Below the pieces are notes generated by a model that ran no database searches, had not been told where the DNA came from, and saw only the letters and a list, made by a program, of their open reading frames with translations. From Candidatus Micrarchaeota archaeon (GTDB lineage: Archaea > Micrarchaeota > Micrarchaeia > Micrarchaeales > CABMGC01), in assembly GCA_021812185.1 (NCBI GenBank), contig JAKAON010000002.1, positions 1 to 63,204 of the forward strand: DNA of 63,204 bases, written 5' to 3'. Positions within the stretch are counted from its first letter, which is position 1; the number at the start of each line of letters is the position of its first letter. This document shows positions 54,756-63,185 of the stretch, in pieces. Position numbers and translations under genes: made by a program.

Positions 54756-56069
54756 ATGAACCTAAAGCCAGAGCTAGTAGAAGCTTTGAAGAGAATAAAT
54801 TTTGTTAATGCTACTGACGTTCAGGAGCAGGTAATCCCAATCGCGTTGAAGGGCACTGACATAGTAGTCAGGGCAAAGACAGGAACAGGGAAGACATGCG
54901 CTTTCCTCATACCCATAATACAAAATAGCAGCAAAGCAAGCATAGCCCCAGAGGCCATAATAATAGCCCCGACAAGGGAACTTGCATTGCAGATAGCGGA
55001 AGTCGCAGGCAAACTTGAGCATAACAGGGATTCGGTAGCGATAGTCTATGGAGGAGCTTCCATAAATATGCAGATACAGAGCCTTAGGAGGAACCCTAAG
55101 ATAGTTGTAGGCACCCCAGGCAGAATAATAGATCTCATAGAGAGAAGAGCGCTCAAACTAAACGAGATAAAGTTTCTTGTGCTTGATGAAGCAGACACGA
55201 TGCTAGACATGGGATTCATTGAGGATATAGAATATATAATGTCAAAGACGCCTAGCGAAAAACAGACACTTCTTTTCTCGGCAACTATGCCAGATAAGAT
55301 AGTATCAGTTGCGAAGAAGCACATGCATGACATGAAGCAACTTAGCATAGGGGGCGAAGAAGAAGTAATAGTTACAAAGATAAAGCACTACTACGCGCTT
55401 TCGGAAAACAGGCTGAAGTTTGCTACATTAATGGGATACATAAAACAGTATCAGCCAAAAAAAGCAATAATATTTGTGCAAACCCAATATGCGGCAAATG
55501 CCATACATGATGCGCTAAGGCAACAAAATGTTGACTCTGTGCTTATGCACGGAGGATTGACGCAGGCAAAGAGGGAGCAGTCACTTAAAATATTCAAAAG
55601 AGGAGCTCAGTTCTTGATTGCCACAAACATAGCTGCAAGAGGAATAGACATAGCAGGAGTCTCAGACGTGATAAATTTCGACATACCTGACGATCCGCAC
55701 GTGTATATACACAGAGTGGGCAGATCGGCAAGGATGAATGCGGATGGGAAAGCGTTCTCTGTGGTGAGCAGGGATCAGGCCAACATAGTGAGGGATATAG
55801 AGTACGTTGGTAGAATAAGAATGGAGAAGATAGCAGTAGACACAAGGCCATTTGAAAACATAAGGCTCTTTGAAAGGAGCGGCGGAAGCAGATTCGGATC
55901 AGGTTCACGAGATAGAGGAGGCGGATTTGACAGGCATTCTCGGGGAGGAGACCGAGGAGGTTTCCGAAGAGGAGGCGGAGATCGGGACAGAGGAGATAAA
56001 AGGAGTGGTGGCGGAAGCAGTGACCACCAGCAGAGGAGGGGCAGCAGAAGGCCTTTCCAGAGATTTTAG
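54756..56069 (+). CDS. DEAD-box ATP-dependent RNA helicase with RGG/Arg-Gly-Asp-rich C-terminal tail
   Basis: The Q-motif region is followed by AKTGTGKT, PTRELA, DEAD, SAT and HRVGRSAR. The tail is GGSRFGSGSRDRGGGFDRHSRGGDRGGFRRGGGDRDRGDKRSGGG. Confidence 0.9.
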   Translation: MNLKPELVEALKRINFVNATDVQEQVIPIALKGTDIVVRAKTGTGKTCAFLIPIIQNSSKASIAPEAIIIAPTRELALQIAEVAGKLEHNRDSVAIVYGGASINMQIQSLRRNPKIVVGTPGRIIDLIERRALKLNEIKFLVLDEADTMLDMGFIEDIEYIMSKTPSEKQTLLFSATMPDKIVSVAKKHMHDMKQLSIGGEEEVIVTKIKHYYALSENRLKFATLMGYIKQYQPKKAIIFVQTQYAANAIHDALRQQNVDSVLMHGGLTQAKREQSLKIFKRGAQFLIATNIAARGIDIAGVSDVINFDIPDDPHVYIHRVGRSARMNADGKAFSVVSRDQANIVRDIEYVGRIRMEKIAVDTRPFENIRLFERSGGSRFGSGSRDRGGGFDRHSRGGDRGGFRRGGGDRDRGDKRSGGGSSDHQQRRGSRRPFQRF

Positions 56070-56101
56070 ATGAGCAAGTTATGCTATCTGAAATTTTACA
56101 T

Positions 56102-56374
56102 TTATTCCTGTTTTCTTCTGCTATCTTTGATTAGTAATTTCAATATCTCAGATATTAGATTTTGATCAACTCCGGCTGCCAGGGCTTTTTCCCTTGCAGT
56201 TTCCAAAACTTCAGACTCCCGCTTACTGTCGACTACCTTGATGCCCAGATGCTTTTTTGCTTTTCCAATTTCGGAAACCAGCTTGCCCCTTTTGTATACA
56301 AGTTTGATCAGATCGTCAGTGATTTTGTCGAGCATTTCTCTATTTTTCTTAATTACAATTCTATCCTGATTCAT
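56102..56374 (-). CDS. Chorismate mutase (AroQ class, stand-alone)
   Basis: 90 aa, all-helical. The pattern REMLDKITDDLIKLVYKRGKLVSEIGKAKK..VVDSKRESEVLE matches the CM_2 pattern. Confidence 0.6.
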   Translation of the reverse strand: MNQDRIVIKKNREMLDKITDDLIKLVYKRGKLVSEIGKAKKHLGIKVVDSKRESEVLETAREKALAAGVDQNLISEILKLLIKDSRRKQE

Positions 56375-56453
56375 GTAGGCACCGGAATTTTAAAATTTTC
56401 TGATTATTATTACAAGTTATCGGGTTTAAATCTTTTTCCTACAGGTAAAGATT

Positions 56454-57233
56454 ATGGATAAGAAAAAGGTCCTTATGACAGGCCATGCAGGATTGATAGG
56501 CAAGGTTTTAAGCAAAGGCCTTTCAGAAAGATACGATTTTTCATACTTGGATATAAAGAAGATCAACGATTTGGATTTTGTTGCGGATATAAGCGCAGGA
56601 GTCGACCAAATTTTGCCTGCATTCGAAGGTGTAGATGTCGTATTGCACCTTGCCGGAGATAGGAATCGTGATGATCCGTGGGAAAATATTTTACCTAACA
56701 ATATAGTAGGAACATACAATGTATTTGAAGCTGCGAAAAGATCACATGTTAAAAGAATAGTTTTTGCAAGTTCGGTTAGGGCAACCGACATGGGACAGCT
56801 AGGCAAGATACCTGACGGCTTTGAAGGGGATTGGAAAGACCTTTGGGAAAAATTTAACATTTCGCCTTCCAATATCATAAGCCCTGAAGAACCAGTTAGG
56901 CCTTATAATTTTTATGGAGTAAGCAAGGTTTTTGGAGAAACATTGGGAAGGTATTATTCAGATAGGTTTGGGATATCGGTAATTTGTCTTCGGATAGGCG
57001 GTTTTCAAGATGATGATAAACCAACATACGAGTATATACGCAGGATATGGCTTAGCTGGCGGGATGGAGTCGATGGATTTGATAAGGCCATAAGCGCACG
57101 GGAAGATGTCAAGTTCGGCATATTTTACCTTACTTCGGACAACAGTCGAAAAGTGTATGATATTTCTAGCACAAAAAAGATTTTAGGATACGATCCAAAA
57201 GACGATTCGGAAAATTATAATGCAAACGATTAA
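56454..57233 (+). CDS. NAD-dependent epimerase/dehydratase (extended SDR) family protein
   Basis: 259 aa. The Rossmann motif is VLMTGHAGLIGKVL, followed by LHLAG and a YGVSK catalytic Y-x3-K. Confidence 0.7.
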   Translation: MDKKKVLMTGHAGLIGKVLSKGLSERYDFSYLDIKKINDLDFVADISAGVDQILPAFEGVDVVLHLAGDRNRDDPWENILPNNIVGTYNVFEAAKRSHVKRIVFASSVRATDMGQLGKIPDGFEGDWKDLWEKFNISPSNIISPEEPVRPYNFYGVSKVFGETLGRYYSDRFGISVICLRIGGFQDDDKPTYEYIRRIWLSWRDGVDGFDKAISAREDVKFGIFYLTSDNSRKVYDISSTKKILGYDPKDDSENYNAND

Positions 57234-57345
57234 CGTGCATGCACAGTTCGGGAGAGGATGCGATTAAGCCACAACCAAATTCACGTTGTTAATTAAATAA
57301 AATAAGCACCTTTGAAATACCTGGACTAAGATTTAGATATGTTGC

Positions 57346-57380
57346 TGCATTTTGCATTTCTTTTGAAAATACAAAATGCA
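57346..57380. terminator. Hairpin between two convergent genes
   Basis: TGCATTTTG-c-ATTTC-tttt-GAAAT-a-CAAAATGCA lies between the epimerase stop (57233) and the CDGSH gene stop (57394). Confidence 0.35.
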
Positions 57381-57393
57381 AAGTATACCTAAT

Positions 57394-57570
57394 TTATTCC
57401 TTAATCTCGAGTTTGCTTGCTTCAGCCGTGAATTTTGCAGCCATATGCGCTCCACTACAAAAAGGTTTCTTTGTAGAGTGACCACATCTGCACAGTGCAA
57501 ACTCAACTTGTTCGTTCTTTTTTACAAGTATTGGACCGTCCTTCACAAAATCTAATTCTACTTTGGCCAT
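57394..57570 (-). CDS. CDGSH-type iron-sulfur domain protein (variant CSGAH)
   Basis: Hand translation gives MAKVELDFVKDGPILVKKNEQVEFALCRCGHSTKKPFCSGAHMAAKFTAEASKLEIKE*. C-x-C-x2-S-x3-P-x-C-S-G-A-H matches the CDGSH 2Fe-2S motif with D replaced by S. At 58 aa it is absent from the ORF track. Confidence 0.65.
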   Translation of the reverse strand: MAKVELDFVKDGPILVKKNEQVEFALCRCGHSTKKPFCSGAHMAAKFTAEASKLEIKE

Positions 57571-57758
57571 ATTTACACCATAACTTATTGGCGTGGCAAA
57601 CTATAATAAATATGGTGCGGCAAGCATGCAAAAACTCAAATAGCCGTCTCCGGATAAAATTAGTAATGGACTCGGCGAGCGTCCATTATTGAGTTCGAAT
57701 TACCAACAAAGGTAAACCATAGCGTTCAATAGTATCTGTTCTTACCTAATATTATTCA

Positions 57759-58646
57759 TTATTTTAGATATCTTTTATACTCTTTTATATACCTTCTAAA
57801 GAACCACAGCACAAATATAGAATCTGTTTTTTTGACCTGTGCTCTTTCTAAGGCATTATAATAACCTACTCTATTTTCGTAGGGTATATTAAGCATTGGA
57901 TAACCAAATCTGTTTAAAACAAAGTTCATAACAAGTCGTGATAGTCTTCCATTTCCGTCTATAAATGGATGTACCGTGACGAATTTTAAATGTGCAATTG
58001 CGGCTAATTCAACAGGATGCATTTTCATTTTGTTCTTATTGTACCAACTAAGGAAATCATCAAGTAATGGTATGACCTCTGCTGGACTAGGGGGTACAAA
58101 TTTACTACCGTATATCCAAACCTGTCTCGTCCGTATTTTTCCAGCTATATCTTTCTTCGTATTTTCAAAAAGAGAATGGTGCCATTCTAAAACAAGTTGT
58201 AAAGTTAGATCTTTTTTGTATTTAATCATATTATAGAAGATGTTAGAATGGGCTTCGGCCTCTTTAACATCCCGAGTAGGCTTATTTGAAGGTGTTACTC
58301 CATGTTGTAGCAGATTAGCGGTTTCCTTCAGAGTTAATGTTGAACCCTCTATTTTCTGAGTGTCATAAGTAAACTTAATCATAAACCCTTCAATTTCTTT
58401 GTCTTTCTCGGATGCAGTTGCAGAACCAATATCCTTCTTGTAAGTTGTCCTTATTTTATCCAATGATAGATACCATTTCTGGGCGTAAATTTGTGCAATA
58501 AAGTCTCTTTTTATTTTATCTAAATCTTTAGGTATATTACTTCCCAAATATTTCTCCTTCTTAATAACCGTTCCATTAAGCCTGAACGAATGTTCAATAT
58601 AGTAATACTTTTTATTGCCGTATTTTCTTTCTCTTATGCTTACCAT
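57759..58646 (-). CDS. Fic/Fido-domain protein (class II, N-terminal inhibitory motif)
   Basis: 295 aa. The core motif is HPFIDGNGRLSR (HxFx[DE]GNGRxxR). The upstream TQKIEG matches the [ST]xxxE[GN] auto-inhibition helix. Confidence 0.85.
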   Translation of the reverse strand: MVSIRERKYGNKKYYYIEHSFRLNGTVIKKEKYLGSNIPKDLDKIKRDFIAQIYAQKWYLSLDKIRTTYKKDIGSATASEKDKEIEGFMIKFTYDTQKIEGSTLTLKETANLLQHGVTPSNKPTRDVKEAEAHSNIFYNMIKYKKDLTLQLVLEWHHSLFENTKKDIAGKIRTRQVWIYGSKFVPPSPAEVIPLLDDFLSWYNKNKMKMHPVELAAIAHLKFVTVHPFIDGNGRLSRLVMNFVLNRFGYPMLNIPYENRVGYYNALERAQVKKTDSIFVLWFFRRYIKEYKRYLK

Positions 58647-58655
58647 AATAATACT

Positions 58656-58705
58656 TACCCCTACACATTTATAAATATTTAGTTTTTAGTCAAAGTGTAG
58701 GGGTA
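58656..58705. promoter_or_regulatory. Perfect 11-bp inverted repeat flanking a TATA-like box just upstream of fic
   Basis: TACCCCTACAC (58656..58666) and GTGTAGGGGTA (58695..58705) flank a spacer that on the minus strand reads ..AAATATTTATAAAT.. The left arm is 10 nt upstream of the fic ATG (58646). Confidence 0.45.
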
Positions 58706-58756
58706 GATATCCGGGGAACTGAGGGATTCGTATCATGCTTCCTCGTAAACTGAAAA

Positions 58757-58804
58757 TGGACTCGGCGGGATTCGCACCCGCGACCTTCCGCTTGCAAAGC
58801 GGTG
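58757..58804 (-). pseudogene. tRNA-Ala(UGC) 3' fragment (anticodon arm to discriminator), degenerate T-loop
   Basis: The minus strand reads CCGC-TTTGCAA-GCGG-AAGGTC-GCGGG-TGCGAAT-CCCGC-CGAGTCC-A. The 3' acceptor strand would form G3:U70, the Ala identity pair. U55 is replaced (TGCGAAT instead of TTCGAAT). No D arm or 5' acceptor is present upstream. Confidence 0.6.
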
Positions 58805-59132
58805 CGAATTCCCTAGCTTTGTCGTTAGACATTTGTTTCATATAGCCACCGTAGATTTTATTTTCGTAAAATGCGAACATCTGTGTCTTCGCACACAGAT
58901 TATACTGCATTTAGAAATATAAACAGATACGGTGTAAATCTAGCCGAAACCGCACCCAGTGTTTTCGATTAACCTTTCCAAAAAGGTTCCGCACCCAGAC
59001 TTTTTGGTAAAGCTTTTCGTAAAAAGGTTTCATAGGTTACCCAGAACCCTAAGCTACGACAGCTCGTGCGCGGCCAACGCCGCTCACGAGGTCTAACGTG
59101 CGCAAACACACTGCAAAGCCTCCACTAGGCAA

Positions 59133-59486
59133 TTAATATTTTGATATAACTTTGAACTCTATGTTTCGCGCTTTACACCATTCCTGAGCTGCCTCCATTT
59201 TTCTTTTAAACGTAGGTAGTAAATGCCTTCCTTTTATCTCTATTATTTCTTTACTACCGCCCTCCTTTTCTATTAGAAAATCCGGTTTAAAACCTCTTAA
59301 TTTACCATCTTCATCCCAGTAAGGTATGATTATTCCATGATTTTTAGTCCATTTTTTAACCAAAATGTCTTTTTCTAACTCCTTCATTAACTCTAATTCC
59401 CAGCTAGAATCATAATACTCAAAGCTATAAGGACTTTTTACAGTCTCCTCAAATTCGCCATGTTCACTTGTCGGCATTTTTACCAC
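59133..59486 (-). CDS. Small PD-(D/E)xK nuclease-like protein (TnsA/restriction endonuclease fold), possible detached nuclease domain of Res
   Basis: 117 aa. The candidate active site is GFKPDFLIEKEGGSKEIIEIKG (PD ... E-x-K). It overlaps the helicase ORF by 23 nt in the +1 frame across an A5 run. Confidence 0.6.
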   Translation of the reverse strand: MVKMPTSEHGEFEETVKSPYSFEYYDSSWELELMKELEKDILVKKWTKNHGIIIPYWDEDGKLRGFKPDFLIEKEGGSKEIIEIKGRHLLPTFKRKMEAAQEWCKARNIEFKVISKY

Positions 59487-61482
59487 CCAGTATACCTTGG
59501 ACTATCGGTTGCGTGAAATTTTTCCTTATCTCTTCTAAATTATCTAAAACTATTTCAATTTCCTCTTTTTTAGTTTCGGACAGAGTTTTCCCGCTAAATA
59601 ATCTCAACTTTATATGATCCATAATTACGTTATATAATATCCCCTTTTTCAACCCACCATACCCATATTCTAGTAGTAAATCAGAGGCCATTTCTACAAT
59701 TTGTTCCTTCAGTAATTCTTCTAATTCTTCCTTTGTCAGTATCTCTTTTTGTTCATCTTCGTTATTTATTTCAATATCTTCGCCGGATAAGATTTCCATT
59801 TTCCTATCTTTGTCTACATATAATTTTCTCATCTGTTCAATTTTAGTTTTACTTATAATCCATTTATCTTTGTCATATTTTACAGAATCAAGTATTTGCT
59901 TCCAATTTTTGGCAATTTCCTTTTTGGGTATTTTCTTTAATATCGCATCAAAGTCTATTTTAGTTTCATATTCAGGCGCCGGAATTTCAATCAGATTTTC
60001 TGGTCTTACTAGTTTTTGTATTTTTGGCGTCGCTGGAATGTCTTCATCTCCTAAAACGTCTTCTGTGTCTACTGTTCTAACACCACTGGCACCAACTTTA
60101 CGCCATAACCAATCGTGCTGTAATTTTGGATGATCTACAACTGCCAATATTTGTCTGCTGTCGCCCTCTTTAATCTTCCTTAAGCCTCTACCTATAACCT
60201 GTTGTCCGTAAACCTGTGAACAAAACTTTCTTAACAATAAAATAACCGATACTGGTGGTACGTCCCATCCTTCTCTAAGCATCATTACACTTATCACTAC
60301 TTCAAAAGGCGTTCCTACTTTACCTAGGTCCGTAGCCGCCTCCCTTGCAATCAATGGTTCTCCATCAGGTTTCCATCCTACTTGTTCATCTGCTGTATCT
60401 TCAGTTACGAGTAAAACTTTATCCCTACCTAAATTGAATTCTTTATTTAATGTATCTCTGACTCGTTTCCCTTCTTCGATACTCATAGTAACAATGAAAA
60501 ATATTGGTTTATATCTATCTTTTGCCCGCCTTTTTTGTTCATCGAATCTTCTTAACGCTATTGCAATCTGTTTTTTCATAGGTTCGGTATCCATAATCCA
60601 TTGAAATGGTTTAACGTTGGCTTCTGCTTTTTCAAACTCGGAATCTAATTCAGTTACTTTTTTCTTTTCACCAGTAACTTTATTCGTATAAGTTAACTCT
60701 ATAATTTTAGTATCTGGCTGGTAAACAACCACTGATTTTATTATGCCATCATCCAGAGCTTGCGCTATTCCATACTCCATTATCATTTCGGAATCCAAAG
60801 GTTTTGCATCTGCTCTTTCTGGTGTTGCGGTAGTATCGAGCCTAAAAACTGTCTTTTGTGTTAAGAGCCTTAAGACTTTGGTGTATTCCAATGCGGGTGT
60901 ATTATGTGCTTCATCATTGAATATTGCAAAGTTTCCTGTTTTATTCAAGAACCAGTCCAAATTTCTTTTGCCAGAAATATTACTTTCATATAACTGATGA
61001 ATGTTTCCTAAAATTATACCGGATTCTAATATTCCTTGTGGACTCGCACCTTCTTCCATTATATGAACATTTAATTCATTTTCAAGTGCCCTTAGTTCTG
61101 TGGGAAAAAATTCAAAGTTCTGAAAAACTGATTTCTCTCCAGACACTGTTAAAAAATCTTTTTCAAGTCTATCCCTAACAATAAGATTAGGTACTAAGAT
61201 GATAAACTTATCAATTTTATGACACATTTTAAGCCATGCTATACATGCTCCGATGATGGCCGTCTTTCCTCCACCAGTTACAATATTCAGGAGTAAATTA
61301 TTCTTACCCATGACTTCGTATGAGTATATAACGCGCATTACGGCTTCTAATTGATGGTTCCATAATTTTATCTCTTTATTACTGCTAGTTAAATTTTCAA
61401 GGAATCTTCTAGTTTCATCTTTAGAACCATGGAAGTCTACTTTCCATAAATCAAAATCTTCTCCTAATTCAGTTAGTTTCAT
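59464..61482 (-). CDS. res: Type III restriction Res-like SF2 helicase (ResIII/DEAH), lacking a fused nuclease domain
   Basis: 672 aa. Motif I is IVTGGGKTAI, motif II is IFNDEAHNT, and the helicase C-terminal motifs are MLREGWDVP and QVIGRGLR. The start overlaps the mod stop by 4 nt. Confidence 0.75.
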   Translation of the reverse strand: MKLTELGEDFDLWKVDFHGSKDETRRFLENLTSSNKEIKLWNHQLEAVMRVIYSYEVMGKNNLLLNIVTGGGKTAIIGACIAWLKMCHKIDKFIILVPNLIVRDRLEKDFLTVSGEKSVFQNFEFFPTELRALENELNVHIMEEGASPQGILESGIILGNIHQLYESNISGKRNLDWFLNKTGNFAIFNDEAHNTPALEYTKVLRLLTQKTVFRLDTTATPERADAKPLDSEMIMEYGIAQALDDGIIKSVVVYQPDTKIIELTYTNKVTGEKKKVTELDSEFEKAEANVKPFQWIMDTEPMKKQIAIALRRFDEQKRRAKDRYKPIFFIVTMSIEEGKRVRDTLNKEFNLGRDKVLLVTEDTADEQVGWKPDGEPLIAREAATDLGKVGTPFEVVISVMMLREGWDVPPVSVILLLRKFCSQVYGQQVIGRGLRKIKEGDSRQILAVVDHPKLQHDWLWRKVGASGVRTVDTEDVLGDEDIPATPKIQKLVRPENLIEIPAPEYETKIDFDAILKKIPKKEIAKNWKQILDSVKYDKDKWIISKTKIEQMRKLYVDKDRKMEILSGEDIEINNEDEQKEILTKEELEELLKEQIVEMASDLLLEYGYGGLKKGILYNVIMDHIKLRLFSGKTLSETKKEEIEIVLDNLEEIRKNFTQPIVQGILGGKNADK

Positions 61483-63185
61483 TTGGCATCAATCTCTATT
61501 ATCTCTATTTTTTCTCCGCCTTCATCATCTTGGACTTTGCATGCGATTCTTTTTCTTCCGTTAGTGTCAAATTTATAATTAGCTTTTAATACTGGTTTGT
61601 TATTTTTCATTCCGAGAAACGAATATCCAGAAGTTGATATAAATCTCTCTCCATTATATGAGAAATCCCATTGTACGTTAATTATTTTACCTAATGGATT
61701 CAGTGATACTGATTCAGAAACATCAAATTCGTATTCAAGTGCGTTTATCCTCTTTGTATTTATTCTTACTTCTGGTGGTAAAATGAACTTAAGCAAGTTT
61801 CTATATTCTGGGTGCCTAGAAGTTACATGCTCCCTAAATTCGTTTGATTCTATCGGAACCAATTCAATTTTGACAAAATCTAGTGATAAGGCATGCTGTG
61901 CTTTTAGTTGCTCCGCCGCGTTCTTAGCTTCTGATGTAAATCCCCACGCTATCATTATTCCCTGATGGTGTCCCTTGGCTTTTACAATATGTTTAGCAAA
62001 TGCTATGACTTCTTTTTCCGTTATTTGTTCTTCTTGTGATGGTTTACCAACAAAGATCGGCGTGGATTGTTTATATCCATGTATCAAACCCTCCGAAGTT
62101 GATAGGCGCCCGTTGTATGCCTCTATAATAAATTGCTTGAATGTTTCAGTATTCATCTTTACAATTTCAGGCACTTCATAAATGCCCCAATGAGCAACAA
62201 TCATATCGGGCTTGATTCCCAAACTATTTTGTATTTTCTCGGTTGCCGCTGTATTGCCAACGACTGCCCTCAATAATCTATCTCTTGTTACTGAAACTGC
62301 AATTTTTGAAATATCAGATGCCAGCCATCTTCTATTTTCTTGATATGCTACTACAGGTGTAGTACCTCCTCCACAGAAGAAATCTGCAACAAGATCACCA
62401 GATTTAGAAGCGGATTTTATTATTCGTCTTAATAGATCGTCCGGTTTTTGAGTAGGATACCCTATTCTATCTTTTGACATTGAATTTTCATACGGAATTT
62501 CCCACCAATCATTAGGTATCATACCTTCTTCAGGATAATAGACTCTCCATTTACCTGCATCGAATCGCTTTCTTATTTTACTGCCCTTTTCATCAGTATC
62601 TCTAAAATGCGATTCTATATATTCAGCCGAGTACGGAATTCTTGCTTCTTTATCGTTCCAATACGGTTCTTTGGTTTTCCCATAAACTAATATTGTTTGA
62701 TGTTTTTTTGAAAACCACTTTTTAGTTCTTCCACTAGTTGAATAACACCATATTATTTCATTTAGAAAATTTTCATATCCAAATATTTTATCCAATTCGA
62801 CTTTTACGTAATGTGCCGCGTGCCAGTCGAGGTTCACAAAAATAGAACCAGACGGTTTAAGTAGTCTTTTCATTTCCAGTAATCTCGCATTCAACCAAGT
62901 TAAATAACCCGGCATACCTCCTTCCCATATATCTGTAAAACTCCTTACTTCATTTTGATCTCCAAACACCACATTATATGTTTTCCCAGAAAAGAATGGT
63001 GGGTCTATATATATCAAATCTATAAGATTGGAAGGAAGCGACCGCATAATATGTAGGTTATCACCGAAGTATAATTTGTTTGGGTCCACATCTTTATGCC
63101 CAAAAGATATCCTTTCCACAATCTGAAAAGGCAGCGAGATTTTTGGATATATCTTTCTGTACTGTTCTTTTGGATCACAACCCAA
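61479..63185 (-). CDS. mod: Beta-class N6A/N4C DNA methyltransferase (Mod-like) with a ~280-aa C-terminal extension including a PKD-like domain
   Basis: 568 aa. Motif IV (IYIDPPFFSG) lies near the N-terminus and motif I (VADFFCGGGTT) near residue 275, which is beta-class order. The C-terminus has VQWDFSYNGERF..ANYKFDTNGRKRIACKVQDDEGGEKIEIIEI, matching the PKD consensus WDFGDG..Y...G.Y.V.L.V.DD.G. Confidence 0.75.
   Translation of the reverse strand: MGCDPKEQYRKIYPKISLPFQIVERISFGHKDVDPNKLYFGDNLHIMRSLPSNLIDLIYIDPPFFSGKTYNVVFGDQNEVRSFTDIWEGGMPGYLTWLNARLLEMKRLLKPSGSIFVNLDWHAAHYVKVELDKIFGYENFLNEIIWCYSTSGRTKKWFSKKHQTILVYGKTKEPYWNDKEARIPYSAEYIESHFRDTDEKGSKIRKRFDAGKWRVYYPEEGMIPNDWWEIPYENSMSKDRIGYPTQKPDDLLRRIIKSASKSGDLVADFFCGGGTTPVVAYQENRRWLASDISKIAVSVTRDRLLRAVVGNTAATEKIQNSLGIKPDMIVAHWGIYEVPEIVKMNTETFKQFIIEAYNGRLSTSEGLIHGYKQSTPIFVGKPSQEEQITEKEVIAFAKHIVKAKGHHQGIMIAWGFTSEAKNAAEQLKAQHALSLDFVKIELVPIESNEFREHVTSRHPEYRNLLKFILPPEVRINTKRINALEYEFDVSESVSLNPLGKIINVQWDFSYNGERFISTSGYSFLGMKNNKPVLKANYKFDTNGRKRIACKVQDDEGGEKIEIIEIDAK

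Noticed and set aside
57689-57705. GAGTTCGAATTACC resembles a tRNA T-loop (GGTTCGAAT), next to the 13-nt tRNA-Ala-end repeat.
   Set aside because: No complementary T stem, acceptor or anticodon arm can be drawn on either strand. It is probably chance similarity or a further decayed scar.
58686-58910. 74-aa minus-strand ORF in the gap upstream of fic.
   Set aside because: It overlaps the tRNA-Ala remnant and several hairpins, has odd composition and no motif, and is most likely non-coding.
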